Positions 18,722 to 27,152 of a DNA stretch of 64,000 nt are shown here, piece after piece. The translations under genes were made by a program, and so were the position numbers. The DNA comes from Abditibacterium sp. (GTDB taxonomy: Bacteria > Armatimonadota > Abditibacteriia > Abditibacteriales > Abditibacteriaceae): assembly GCA_965246885.1 (NCBI GenBank), contig OZ251992.1, positions 608,001-672,000 of the forward strand. The letters run 5' to 3'. Each line of letters opens with the position of its first letter. Positions within the stretch are counted from its first letter, which is position 1. The notes beneath the pieces are model-generated. The model saw only the letters and a list, made by a program, of their open reading frames with translations. It did no database searches and was not told where the DNA came from.

Positions 18722-19465
18722 TTAGTTCTGGAAGGTGTTTCCGGCGCGGTCTACGCCCCGCGCGCGCCACAGTTTGTGAATTTGGTTGTGCGGGTGGTCG
18801 GGGAAGATTTGCGTGGTGAGCGGAAAGTAGCGCATGGTGTATCCGGCGCGGCGAAGCGGACTGGTGTTCGCTTCGGCTCCGTGAATAATGCGCGCCTCGT
18901 GGAGGCTGCACCCGTTCGGCTCCAACTCGAAGTAAACCGCGCGGGAGGCATCGAACTGGTCGGCTTTGATTTGCGAGTTGAAAATGTTGTTTTGCGTGTC
19001 CACGCCTTCATATTGCGAGAAGCCGCCTTCTTGCGTGCCGGGAATGACGGCCATGCAGCCATTCTCGCGGGTGGCGCGGTCGAGGGCGAGCCACACGGTG
19101 ACGATGCCTTCCATCGTCGAAATGCGCCCGCTCCAATAGGTGGAGTCCTCGTGCCAAGGCGTCGCTTTGCCGGTGAAGGGCGGCTTGGAAATGAAGTGGC
19201 TGCTCCACAGTCCGATGTCTGGCCCGACGAGCGGCTCCACCAAGTCGAGAACTTCGTCGCACAAGAGGAACTCCAACAGCCGCGCGTCGCGGAAGTGGAT
19301 GGTGTCAAGGTTCTCTTCGCCGTAGGTGGCCAAGTCTTCCTCGAAGATGGCCTGAAGGCGGGCGAACTTGTCGGGAGCAAAGACAGGTTGGTGAAACAGC
19401 GTGTAGCCGTCGCGCCCGTACTGTTCGACTTGGGCGGGCGAAAGGCGTCCGGTGGTGGTGGTCAT
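18722..19465 (-). CDS. Phytanoyl-CoA dioxygenase (PhyH)-family 2OG-Fe(II) oxygenase
   Basis: TPWHED HxD motif, VTVWLALD..ENGCM..PGT, IIHGAEANTS..RR. Confidence 0.9.
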   Translation of the reverse strand: MTTTTGRLSPAQVEQYGRDGYTLFHQPVFAPDKFARLQAIFEEDLATYGEENLDTIHFRDARLLEFLLCDEVLDLVEPLVGPDIGLWSSHFISKPPFTGKATPWHEDSTYWSGRISTMEGIVTVWLALDRATRENGCMAVIPGTQEGGFSQYEGVDTQNNIFNSQIKADQFDASRAVYFELEPNGCSLHEARIIHGAEANTSPLRRAGYTMRYFPLTTQIFPDHPHNQIHKLWRARGVDRAGNTFQN

Positions 19466-19540
19466 GGCCTTTCTAATCTACCCCCGTACGGTGGCGCGGA
19501 AAAGAGAGTAAACCTCCTCCGGTTCTCTTTTGCGGCCACA

Positions 19541-20335
19541 ATGATCAACCACATTCGTTTCTTCGATGTCGCGGGCGTTCGCGCCTTCCACGCGCGCCGC
19601 GTCGTGGGGGCCGAGAAGATTTCCGCTCACGACCACGACTTTTGGGAAGCTTTTTGGGTTGAAAGCGGAAGTGCCCGCCATGTTGTCAATGGGCGCGGAC
19701 ATGCTTTGGGGCGCGGCGACGCCTGCTTGATTCGGCCCTCCGACGTTCACTGCTTGGAAGGCGACGCGCCGTGCCGCATCGTCAACGTCGCGTGGCCCGC
19801 CGATGGCTGGGAGCGGTGGTTGGACTTGGCGGCACTCCGGGCCGAGGAAGCCGCTCCCTTCACTCATGGCCCCGAACTGGGCGCCGCCTTCGCGCGCATG
19901 AACGCGGCTTACGCTGTTGAGGGCACGCGCGAAGCGCTCGAACTGGCCCGTTTCTGGGGCGAACTGGCGCCGCACTTTTGGCCCACCTCCGACCCAAATG
20001 ACGCGCGACCGCCTTGGGTGCTCCGCGTTCTCGACCGATTTGAGCGCGAGGACGGCGTGCGCGGCGGCTACGAGTTTCTGCTTCGCATCGCGCCCGTTTC
20101 GCCGCGCGGCTTGCACCGCGCGTGGACGGCGGCTTTTAATCAAACTCCCTCCGCGTGGGTGGGCGAAAAGCGCTTGGCCCGCGCCGCTTTGCTGTTGCTT
20201 GAAACCGCTTTGCCCGTCCAAGAAGTCGCGCTGCGGTGCGGCTTCGACAACGCCCCGTATTTCCACCGCGTTTGGAAGCAAAAACACGCCGTTTCGCCCC
20301 AAACCTTCCGCGACCGTTTGCGCACCGGAGACTAA
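19541..20335 (+). CDS. AraC-family transcriptional regulator (cupin + HTH)
   Basis: HDHDFWE cupin; RLARAALLL..VQEVALRCGFDNAPYFHRVWK...SP; divergent from the PhyH gene. Confidence 0.9.
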   Translation: MINHIRFFDVAGVRAFHARRVVGAEKISAHDHDFWEAFWVESGSARHVVNGRGHALGRGDACLIRPSDVHCLEGDAPCRIVNVAWPADGWERWLDLAALRAEEAAPFTHGPELGAAFARMNAAYAVEGTREALELARFWGELAPHFWPTSDPNDARPPWVLRVLDRFEREDGVRGGYEFLLRIAPVSPRGLHRAWTAAFNQTPSAWVGEKRLARAALLLLETALPVQEVALRCGFDNAPYFHRVWKQKHAVSPQTFRDRLRTGD

Positions 20336-20341
20336 TCCCCG

Positions 20342-21361
20342 ATGAACCGCTTCATCCCACAAGCCGCGCTTCGCGTCGGTGCCATGCTCGCTACGGCTTG
20401 TTGCCTGTCATTGGGCGTTTGCCACGCCCAAGGGTTCCCGCGCGCCTCGCTCGTTGGCTATGAGCCGGTCGGGTGGCACATCACGTATATGACCGGCCTG
20501 CGCGACGACCTGTTCTGGCCAATTCCTGTAGGTGGCGATGGCCTCGGCAATGAAGGAATAGGATATTTGGAGGTTTTCTGCTGCGCTCCACACCTTTACG
20601 GCATGTTTGGCTTCAATGGGGGTGTCGAACTACTCGACTTTGGGCCAACTCGCAGTGTGGGCACCTTCCCGCTTGCGCCCCGCGATTCGGGTAACGACGA
20701 GCAGGTTTACGCCGGTGCGTCGCGGGTCGTGCTGGTTCAAAGCAACGGGGCGTGGGTGTGGAATAGACGTTCGCGGCGTTTGGTGAGCCACTGGAATTTG
20801 AAGCGGGCTGAAGGAGAAGAAGTCGGGCTGATGTCCACTGCCTATGCTCCCCACGCGGGCGTTATTATGCAAGCGGTCGGCCCTCAACTGCGCGCGTGGA
20901 ACGTGAGGACAGGAAAGCTCGCTTGGGTGGCGCCGCACGCTTTGGCCGAATTCGACGCCGAATATGGTGAAGCCAAAGAAGCCAGCCACGTGGTATTTTC
21001 GCCCAACGCCCACTTGTGCTTCTACGATACGACCAATTACGACAACCGTCCCGGCCCGCGCGACGACGAAGATACGCCGCGCGACGGGCCTCCCGGCCCC
21101 ACGCACGTCGCTTCGTGCGCAAGCGGGCTGACGCTCTGGACGATTGCCCCCGCTTACACCTTGACTTTTGGCGGCGACGGACGCACCGTGTGGGCGCAGC
21201 GTGCTGGCGCCCTCACTGTAGAAATGTGCGACGCCCAAACGGGGAAGGTGTTGCGTACTGTGCCCATCGGCGCAGGGTGTCGCGTGCTTGGCTCATCCAG
21301 TGACGGGGCGGCGCTGTATAGTCACGACAAGGCGGGTCGCGTTTATCGGCAGGGTCTGTGA
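20342..21361 (+). CDS. Hypothetical secreted WD40-like beta-propeller protein
   Basis: Signal-like N-terminus; LRAWNVRTGK, VFSPNA, CDAQTGKVLRT, SSDGAALY. Confidence 0.6.
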   Translation: MNRFIPQAALRVGAMLATACCLSLGVCHAQGFPRASLVGYEPVGWHITYMTGLRDDLFWPIPVGGDGLGNEGIGYLEVFCCAPHLYGMFGFNGGVELLDFGPTRSVGTFPLAPRDSGNDEQVYAGASRVVLVQSNGAWVWNRRSRRLVSHWNLKRAEGEEVGLMSTAYAPHAGVIMQAVGPQLRAWNVRTGKLAWVAPHALAEFDAEYGEAKEASHVVFSPNAHLCFYDTTNYDNRPGPRDDEDTPRDGPPGPTHVASCASGLTLWTIAPAYTLTFGGDGRTVWAQRAGALTVEMCDAQTGKVLRTVPIGAGCRVLGSSSDGAALYSHDKAGRVYRQGL

Positions 21362-21467
21362 GGTCTTACAATACTGTGCGCGGAACGAAGCGGGGGGCGC
21401 GGCGTTTAGCAGTGTGCTGAGCAAAACAGCGCGGGCCACCGGAAAACACCGGATTCCGCTCACCATT

Positions 21468-21878
21468 ATGGAAACCACAACGACAATGATTTCGATTTCC
21501 GACCGTGCCGCGCAAGAAGTGCACGGTCTGTTGGAGCGCCAAAACAAGCCCGACGCGATGCTCCGCGTGTTCGTCGCAGGCGGCGGCTGTTCGGGCTTTC
21601 AATACGGCATGACGCTCGAAGAAGAGCCGATGGAAGGCGACGAGCAGTTCGAGTCGAACGGCGTACGCGTGATTATTGACCCGCGCTCCGTGCAGTACAT
21701 GGGCGGCGCCCAGATTGATTTCGTCGAGTCCATGATGGGCGGCGGCTTCAAAATTGATAACCCCAACGCGGCGTCTTCGTGCGGTTGCGGCTCCAGCTTT
21801 ACGCCCAAAGAAGGCGAGGCGGCTCCGGCGAGTGGCGGCGGGTGCGGCTCGTGCTCGTCGGGCGCGGGCGGATTCTAA
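21468..21878 (+). CDS. A-type Fe-S cluster carrier (HesB/IscA/ErpA family)
   Basis: GGGCSGFQY, FKIDNPNAASSCGCGSSF. Confidence 0.95.
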   Translation: METTTTMISISDRAAQEVHGLLERQNKPDAMLRVFVAGGGCSGFQYGMTLEEEPMEGDEQFESNGVRVIIDPRSVQYMGGAQIDFVESMMGGGFKIDNPNAASSCGCGSSFTPKEGEAAPASGGGCGSCSSGAGGF

Positions 21879-21935
21879 GCGATTTCCTTCCGGCGGCGCG
21901 CTCCCATAACGCGGGGCGCGCCGCTTGCTGTTTCC

Positions 21936-22787
21936 ATGCTCCTTGGCGCCCATCTCCCGACCGGTAAGGGGTTCCCCTTCGCCCTTGCCCATGCGCAGCA
22001 GCTCGGTTTGGGGTGCTTGCAACTGTTCTCGAAGTCCCCAAAACAGTGGAGCGCGGCGGCTTTGGACGAGGGGAAGTGCGCCGACTTCCGCGCGCGTTGG
22101 CGCGAGTCCGGGATGGCGCCGCTTGTGGTGCACGACTCGTTCCTCATCAACCTTGCCGCGCCCGACGAAGCGGTGAGGGAAAAGTCGATCGCCGCGATGG
22201 TGGACGAGATACAGCGCGCCGACGCTCTGGGCGCCGATTGGCTGGTGACGCATTGCGGCGCGCACCTCCAGAAAGACAAGACCGAGGGCGAGCGGGTGGG
22301 TTTGGCGACGCTCGCGGCGAGTTTGTGGCTCTGCTTGGAAGCGACGGCAGGGGCGCGGGTGCGGATTGCCCTCGAAAACACCGCCGCGCAGGGCACCTGC
22401 TTGGGTGGCCCGTTCTGGCATCTGGGGCAGGTATTGGCCGACCTCGATTCGCCGCGCTTGGGGGTATGTTTCGATACCTGCCACGCGTGGGCGGCGGGCT
22501 ACGATGTCGCGGCGGATGTGGCGGGAGTGCTGGCGCAGTTCGACGGCGCGATTGGGTTGGGTAAACTTGGCGTCGTTCACTTGAACGACGCCAAGGGCAC
22601 GCTCGGCGGGCACTTGGACAGGCACGAGCACATCGGCGAAGGTGCCATCGGGCGCGCGGGGATGGCCGCTTTGCTGCATCATCCAGCGTTGCGGGCGTTG
22701 CCATTTGTCCTCGAAACGCCGGAAGTCGAGACGCGCATCGCCGATAACGTCGCGGCGGCGCGCGCCCTTGGCCCGCTCAGCGCGTGA
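21936..22787 (+). CDS. nfo: Endonuclease IV
   Basis: LGAH, QLFSKSP, HDSFLINLA, LENTAAQG, CFDTCHAWAAGYD, HLND, DRHEHIGEG, LETP. Confidence 0.94.
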   Translation: MLLGAHLPTGKGFPFALAHAQQLGLGCLQLFSKSPKQWSAAALDEGKCADFRARWRESGMAPLVVHDSFLINLAAPDEAVREKSIAAMVDEIQRADALGADWLVTHCGAHLQKDKTEGERVGLATLAASLWLCLEATAGARVRIALENTAAQGTCLGGPFWHLGQVLADLDSPRLGVCFDTCHAWAAGYDVAADVAGVLAQFDGAIGLGKLGVVHLNDAKGTLGGHLDRHEHIGEGAIGRAGMAALLHHPALRALPFVLETPEVETRIADNVAAARALGPLSA

Positions 22788-23205
22788 ACAGCCACAGCAA
22801 GCCGCCCGCCGCGCCCAGCGCGACCAATGGCACGAGCAGGATGAGCGGGCGATTCTCGCGCTCCCCATACGACGGCGCGACCAGCCAATACCCCAGCGCC
22901 CCGCCCATCACCGCTCCCCACACCGTCCACGCAATCCAAGGCGCAATCGGGAGCGCCGCGCCGCCCGTGATTGTGTCCAAACCCCGCACCAGATAAAACG
23001 CGGGCCAGCGCAGCGCCTGCGACAGCCACACGAGCGCGCTCAGGCCGAAAGTCACCAGCATCAACCCCACGCTGAGCAGCATCTGCGGCGGTAGCTGCGA
23101 CAGCCAACCCATCCCGCGACGGCGGCGCGGCGCTTGGCGTGAACGCTGGTCGGGCGGGGGCGACAAAAACGAAGGCGGGCGGAAAGAAAAGTTCATCGGA
23201 AGCAC
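22777..23205 (-). CDS. Small integral membrane protein (about 3 TM), last gene of the kinase operon
   Basis: Hydrophobic helices (WTVWGAVMGGALG); GTG start 1 nt after the kinase stop, alternative ATG at 23196. Confidence 0.7.
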   Translation of the reverse strand: MLPMNFSFRPPSFLSPPPDQRSRQAPRRRRGMGWLSQLPPQMLLSVGLMLVTFGLSALVWLSQALRWPAFYLVRGLDTITGGAALPIAPWIAWTVWGAVMGGALGYWLVAPSYGERENRPLILLVPLVALGAAGGLLWLFTR

Positions 23206-23206
23206 C

Positions 23207-25957
23207 TCACGACTGCGCGTGTTTCTTGAGCGCGTCGAGCCACACGTAGAAGGCTATCACCGCGCCCACGAGCAGAAAGCCGAGCGCGCCGATGTATCCC
23301 ACTGGCGGCTCGACGTCGGAACCATCGGGCGGGTCGGGGTTGATGGTGACGACGCGCACTCCGTCCGCGCGCACAACGGTGCTGGCGCCCCATCCACCTG
23401 CCGGGGGCGGCACGGCGACGGCAGCTTTGACGGCGGCTTCGGGCGACCACTGCGCGCCGGTGCAAGCGAACGCCAGCAATCGTGTGCCGCCCCCGATGGC
23501 CGCGCCCATCAGCATGCCATTGCGCACGAAGGTCTTACGCTTGGTGTCGGGCGGCGCGATGCGGTACGCCAAACCGAGCGGAGCGCGTAGGCAAGCGGTG
23601 CCTCCCTTGGCAAGGGCGAGACTCGCGCGGCCCGCGCTGCCGGGCGCCATGCCGTCGCGCGAGTTGAGCGACACCATCACTTCGCCGCGCCGCGTGTTGA
23701 TTTGAAGCGGCTCGATGCGAAGACCGGGCGGCGCGTTATCGAGCGCCCACGCGCCAAAGGGTAGCCCCGGCCCGACGGCCTCGAACTCCAAGCGCGCGGT
23801 CGCCTTCTCGCCCCACTCGACGGTCATCGGAGTGGGCGCGGCGGTGAAGCGCAGTTCGACGCGCGGCAGTTCGGGGTCGAGCAGGCGCAAGACGGCTTCA
23901 AAGGTCGCTTCGGGCGCGACGGCATCCTTGCGGCGCAGCGCCTCGATTTGCGCGACAAGCGGAGAAACCTCGCCGTTTTCGTCGCGCATCCGTTGGCGCA
24001 GCCACGCGCCCAGCCAGCCGTCGCGCCAGCGCTCCAACCCCGCGCGATACGCCGACGGCACGCCCGCGTCCCAGTCGCGCGCGCTTCCATAGCACGCCCG
24101 CGCGAGGTCGCGCGGTGAACGGGCGACGACGCCGGGCAGGATGGTGTAGGGCCGCGCCGGGTCGAGGAGCCACAGCACCTCCTCCCACGCGATGCGCGCG
24201 TCTATGCTCGACAAGGTGGCGCCCTCGCGCGAGGGCGGCCACCACGCGCCGCGCAAGATGGCCACGCCCGCCGCCAAGTCGGGCCGGTTGGGGCGCCCCA
24301 AGCGCAGCCACGCTTCGAGGGAGTAGAGCGTCTTGCGGGTGATAATCTCGTGAAGGCTGGTCTGCTTGGCCGCCAGCCACGCTTCCACCTGAGCGGGAAA
24401 CGCCTCGATCTCCTCGACCCACAGCCCCGGCCCAAAGGGAAAGGGCAGGTCGGGGTCGAGGCGCAAAATGGCGTGAAAGAGGGCGAGTCGCGGCGCGGTG
24501 CCCCATTGCTCGCGGTCGCGGCGGATGTCGCGCGCGGCCTTGACGTCGAGTTCGCCGATCCAGTTGAGCAGGACGTCCGAGCGCAGCAGTTCCTCTTCGC
24601 CCAGCGTGGGTTCCTCGCCCAGCGCGCGGGCCATGCCCGCCAAGTCGGTGGGCGCGGACGGGAAGACGTTGTAAGGCCGCGCCGCTCGCTTGACGCCTAA
24701 CTCATACCCGGCGTCGTCGCGGATTTTCTGGCGGTCGTGGTCGGTGGTGGTGCCCCCCAGCCAGCGCGCCACTTCGGGGGCGCCCCAGCGCGTGCGGCGG
24801 TTGCGGATGAGCAGACCTTGCATTAACTCCCGCAAGCGCGGCTCGCAGTCGGGCACGGCAACGCGCCCGCCCGCCATGTAGAAGTCGTAGACGTCGCTCC
24901 AACGCCCGGAATGGAGCGCACTCGTGCCGCTTAAAAGCTCGACCAAGACGACGCCAAAGGAGTAGTAGTCGGACGCGGGCGACACGATGGCGGCGGTCTG
25001 GCCGCTTTCGGGGTCAACGAAGCGCGGAAAGGCTTCGGGCGCCATGTAGAAGTGGGTGCCCGCCGCGCGCACGGTGTCGCGCGAGGTGAGGTGCAGTTCA
25101 ACGAGCGAGGAAATGTCGAAGTCGCCGATGGCAAGCGACAAGCGCCCGTTGTGGCGGCGCAAATACAGGTTCTTCGGTTTAATGTCACGGTGAACGACGC
25201 CGCGCTCGTGCAGGTACTGCAAGCCCGCGCAAAAGGGCGCGACGACGCCGCGCTCCAAAACTTGCGCCGCGAGGCGCGCTTGGCCGTCGCGCGGCAGGGC
25301 ATCGTCTAAGGTGCCGCCCTCGCAGAACTCCTGCACTTCGGCCCAGAAGTCTCCCTCGCGCGCGACGCGGTGCGTGGTGAGCAGGGCAGGGTGGCGCAGG
25401 TCAGGCAAGCGGCGCCAGAGTTCCTCGCGCGGCGGATGCAGAGCGGCGGCGATTTTCACCATCACGCGGCCTTGGGGCGCGTCGCAGTCATAAAGTCCGG
25501 CGCGCGTGGTCTCGTGCGGGCGGATGGTCTCGCGGACGATGCAATCGCCACAAATGAGCGCTCCCGGCGCCAAAACGCCCAACGGCAGCAGCCGACCGGC
25601 GCCCGTTTGGACGCGAGCGCGCGGCGCCATGCGGGTGGCATCGGCGGGCGCGAGCGGCGGGGCGGGCGCGGCCTCGACGGGGCGGCGCGGCACGCGGCGC
25701 GTGACGGCCCACAGCAAAGCGCCACGCGGCGCGCGGCGCGTGGTTTGGGCGCGAAAGTCCAGTGGGGAAGCGGCCATAGCGGATAGTTGCTTTGACAAAG
25801 CGTTAGTTTGAACCGAATCAGCCCTCGGCGTCCCGGCCATGAATGACCGGGCTACCCGTTGGCTTTGCCAACCACTGCCCGCCTTCGCGGACAAAACGCA
25901 GTTCGTGTTGGCCACGAAGGTGGCCAGTGGCGCCAAAGGCGCGTGTAGCCCGGCCAT
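23207..25957 (-). CDS. Large Hanks-type Ser/Thr kinase with helical repeat region and two C-terminal TM segments
   Basis: VMVK, HRDIKPKN, GDFDIS, GTHFYMAPE, SDYYSFG. Start uncertain (25957 abuts the FHA stop; alternative ATG at 25777). Confidence 0.88.
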   Translation of the reverse strand: MAGLHAPLAPLATFVANTNCVLSAKAGSGWQSQRVARSFMAGTPRADSVQTNALSKQLSAMAASPLDFRAQTTRRAPRGALLWAVTRRVPRRPVEAAPAPPLAPADATRMAPRARVQTGAGRLLPLGVLAPGALICGDCIVRETIRPHETTRAGLYDCDAPQGRVMVKIAAALHPPREELWRRLPDLRHPALLTTHRVAREGDFWAEVQEFCEGGTLDDALPRDGQARLAAQVLERGVVAPFCAGLQYLHERGVVHRDIKPKNLYLRRHNGRLSLAIGDFDISSLVELHLTSRDTVRAAGTHFYMAPEAFPRFVDPESGQTAAIVSPASDYYSFGVVLVELLSGTSALHSGRWSDVYDFYMAGGRVAVPDCEPRLRELMQGLLIRNRRTRWGAPEVARWLGGTTTDHDRQKIRDDAGYELGVKRAARPYNVFPSAPTDLAGMARALGEEPTLGEEELLRSDVLLNWIGELDVKAARDIRRDREQWGTAPRLALFHAILRLDPDLPFPFGPGLWVEEIEAFPAQVEAWLAAKQTSLHEIITRKTLYSLEAWLRLGRPNRPDLAAGVAILRGAWWPPSREGATLSSIDARIAWEEVLWLLDPARPYTILPGVVARSPRDLARACYGSARDWDAGVPSAYRAGLERWRDGWLGAWLRQRMRDENGEVSPLVAQIEALRRKDAVAPEATFEAVLRLLDPELPRVELRFTAAPTPMTVEWGEKATARLEFEAVGPGLPFGAWALDNAPPGLRIEPLQINTRRGEVMVSLNSRDGMAPGSAGRASLALAKGGTACLRAPLGLAYRIAPPDTKRKTFVRNGMLMGAAIGGGTRLLAFACTGAQWSPEAAVKAAVAVPPPAGGWGASTVVRADGVRVVTINPDPPDGSDVEPPVGYIGALGFLLVGAVIAFYVWLDALKKHAQS

Positions 25958-26458
25958 TTATGGCCGGGCAGAAATTCCCCCTTCAATCGCCACGCGGAAC
26001 GCGGTGAGCGAAAGCGAAAGCAGCGAGCCGTCATGGAGCGCCACTTCCGAGTCGTCTTCGACTGTTTCGCCGTCTACCGCGATGAAGTTGCCCTGCGCGA
26101 TGTATTGCACGAACCACTGCTCGCCGCGCCGCAAGAACTTGGCGTGGCGGCGCGAGATGAAATCCATGTGCGGCACGTCGCAAAGGAGCACGTCGGCTTC
26201 GAGGCCGCGCCCGATGGTTTGCCCCGCTTCCATGACAAAGGAGCGCGTCGGGTCGTCCACCAATTCCAAGCGGCAACGCGCGGGGATCGGAGCAACGGGC
26301 GCGGCGGGCGGGAGCGGGGCCGCGACTTCCACGCTATCGGCGGCGCGCGCCGCGACGGTTTGCGCGGGAACCGACAAGAGGTCGAAGTCGCAGCGCGTGC
26401 AAAAGGATTCGCTCGGCGCGTTTTCGAGGCCGCACGAGGGGCAGATTTTGACTTGCAC
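25958..26458 (-). CDS. Zinc-ribbon + FHA domain protein
   Basis: CPSCG..N..FCTRC ribbon; TIGR, FISRRHA, GNF FHA motifs. Confidence 0.9.
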   Translation of the reverse strand: MQVKICPSCGLENAPSESFCTRCDFDLLSVPAQTVAARAADSVEVAAPLPPAAPVAPIPARCRLELVDDPTRSFVMEAGQTIGRGLEADVLLCDVPHMDFISRRHAKFLRRGEQWFVQYIAQGNFIAVDGETVEDDSEVALHDGSLLSLSLTAFRVAIEGGISARP

Positions 26459-26459
26459 G

Positions 26460-27152
26460 CTACGCAGTTTCTCCTTCCGGGGCTGTCCGGCGCGCGGGCA
26501 GGTCGGGGCGCGCTTGGATGCCCTGCGCCATCAGCGCCCCGCGATACGCCGCCAAGTCGCCGCGCTTGGGGATCCCAATCAAGCGGAAGCGCGCGGCTCC
26601 CAGCATCTGCAACTGCAACGGGCGGCGCTCCGGCATCGGCGCGGTGGTTTGCTCAAGGTGCCGCGCCGCGCGCGGTGACAAGAGATGCACGCGCTGATTA
26701 TCCGAGCCGCGCCACGCCAACTCGTTGCCCGCGCCCTGCTCGAAGCGGCCATCTATCAGCAAGTCCAACTCGCCCAAATACTCCGCCACTTCCGGCCCGC
26801 GCCCTTGCAACTCCTCCAGCGAAAAGCCGGAATACGACAGCACTTCCAACCCTTCCAAGCCCGCCATCGCCCGCAACGCCCGAATCAGCAGCGTAAGCGG
26901 GCGCGCTTGCAGCGTCGGCTCGCCGCCCGAAATCGAAAGCCCATCCAACCCGCGCAAGGCGGGCGCCAACTGCTGCGCTATCTCGCCCACTGCGCGGTGC
27001 GTCGCGGACGCTCCCGGTTCCCACAGTTCGGGCGTCATGCAACCCGGACACGCGAGCGGGCAGCCGCGCACCCACAAGATCAAGCGGCGCCCCGGCCCCA
27101 GCCCTTCGACGGGCGCGGCGAAGTCTTCCATGTCCAGCAAGGCGTCTTCCAT
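26460..27152 (-). CDS. NrdG-like radical SAM (activating-enzyme family) protein
   Basis: GCPLACPGC (CX3CX2C), SGGEP, YSGF, LIDGRF, WRGSDNQR; ATG overlaps the AAA stop (TAATG). Confidence 0.9.
   Translation of the reverse strand: MEDALLDMEDFAAPVEGLGPGRRLILWVRGCPLACPGCMTPELWEPGASATHRAVGEIAQQLAPALRGLDGLSISGGEPTLQARPLTLLIRALRAMAGLEGLEVLSYSGFSLEELQGRGPEVAEYLGELDLLIDGRFEQGAGNELAWRGSDNQRVHLLSPRAARHLEQTTAPMPERRPLQLQMLGAARFRLIGIPKRGDLAAYRGALMAQGIQARPDLPARRTAPEGETA

Noticed and set aside
26460..27152. Naming the gene nrdG
   Set aside because: No nrdD nearby and the operon context is unrelated, so the symbol was withheld.
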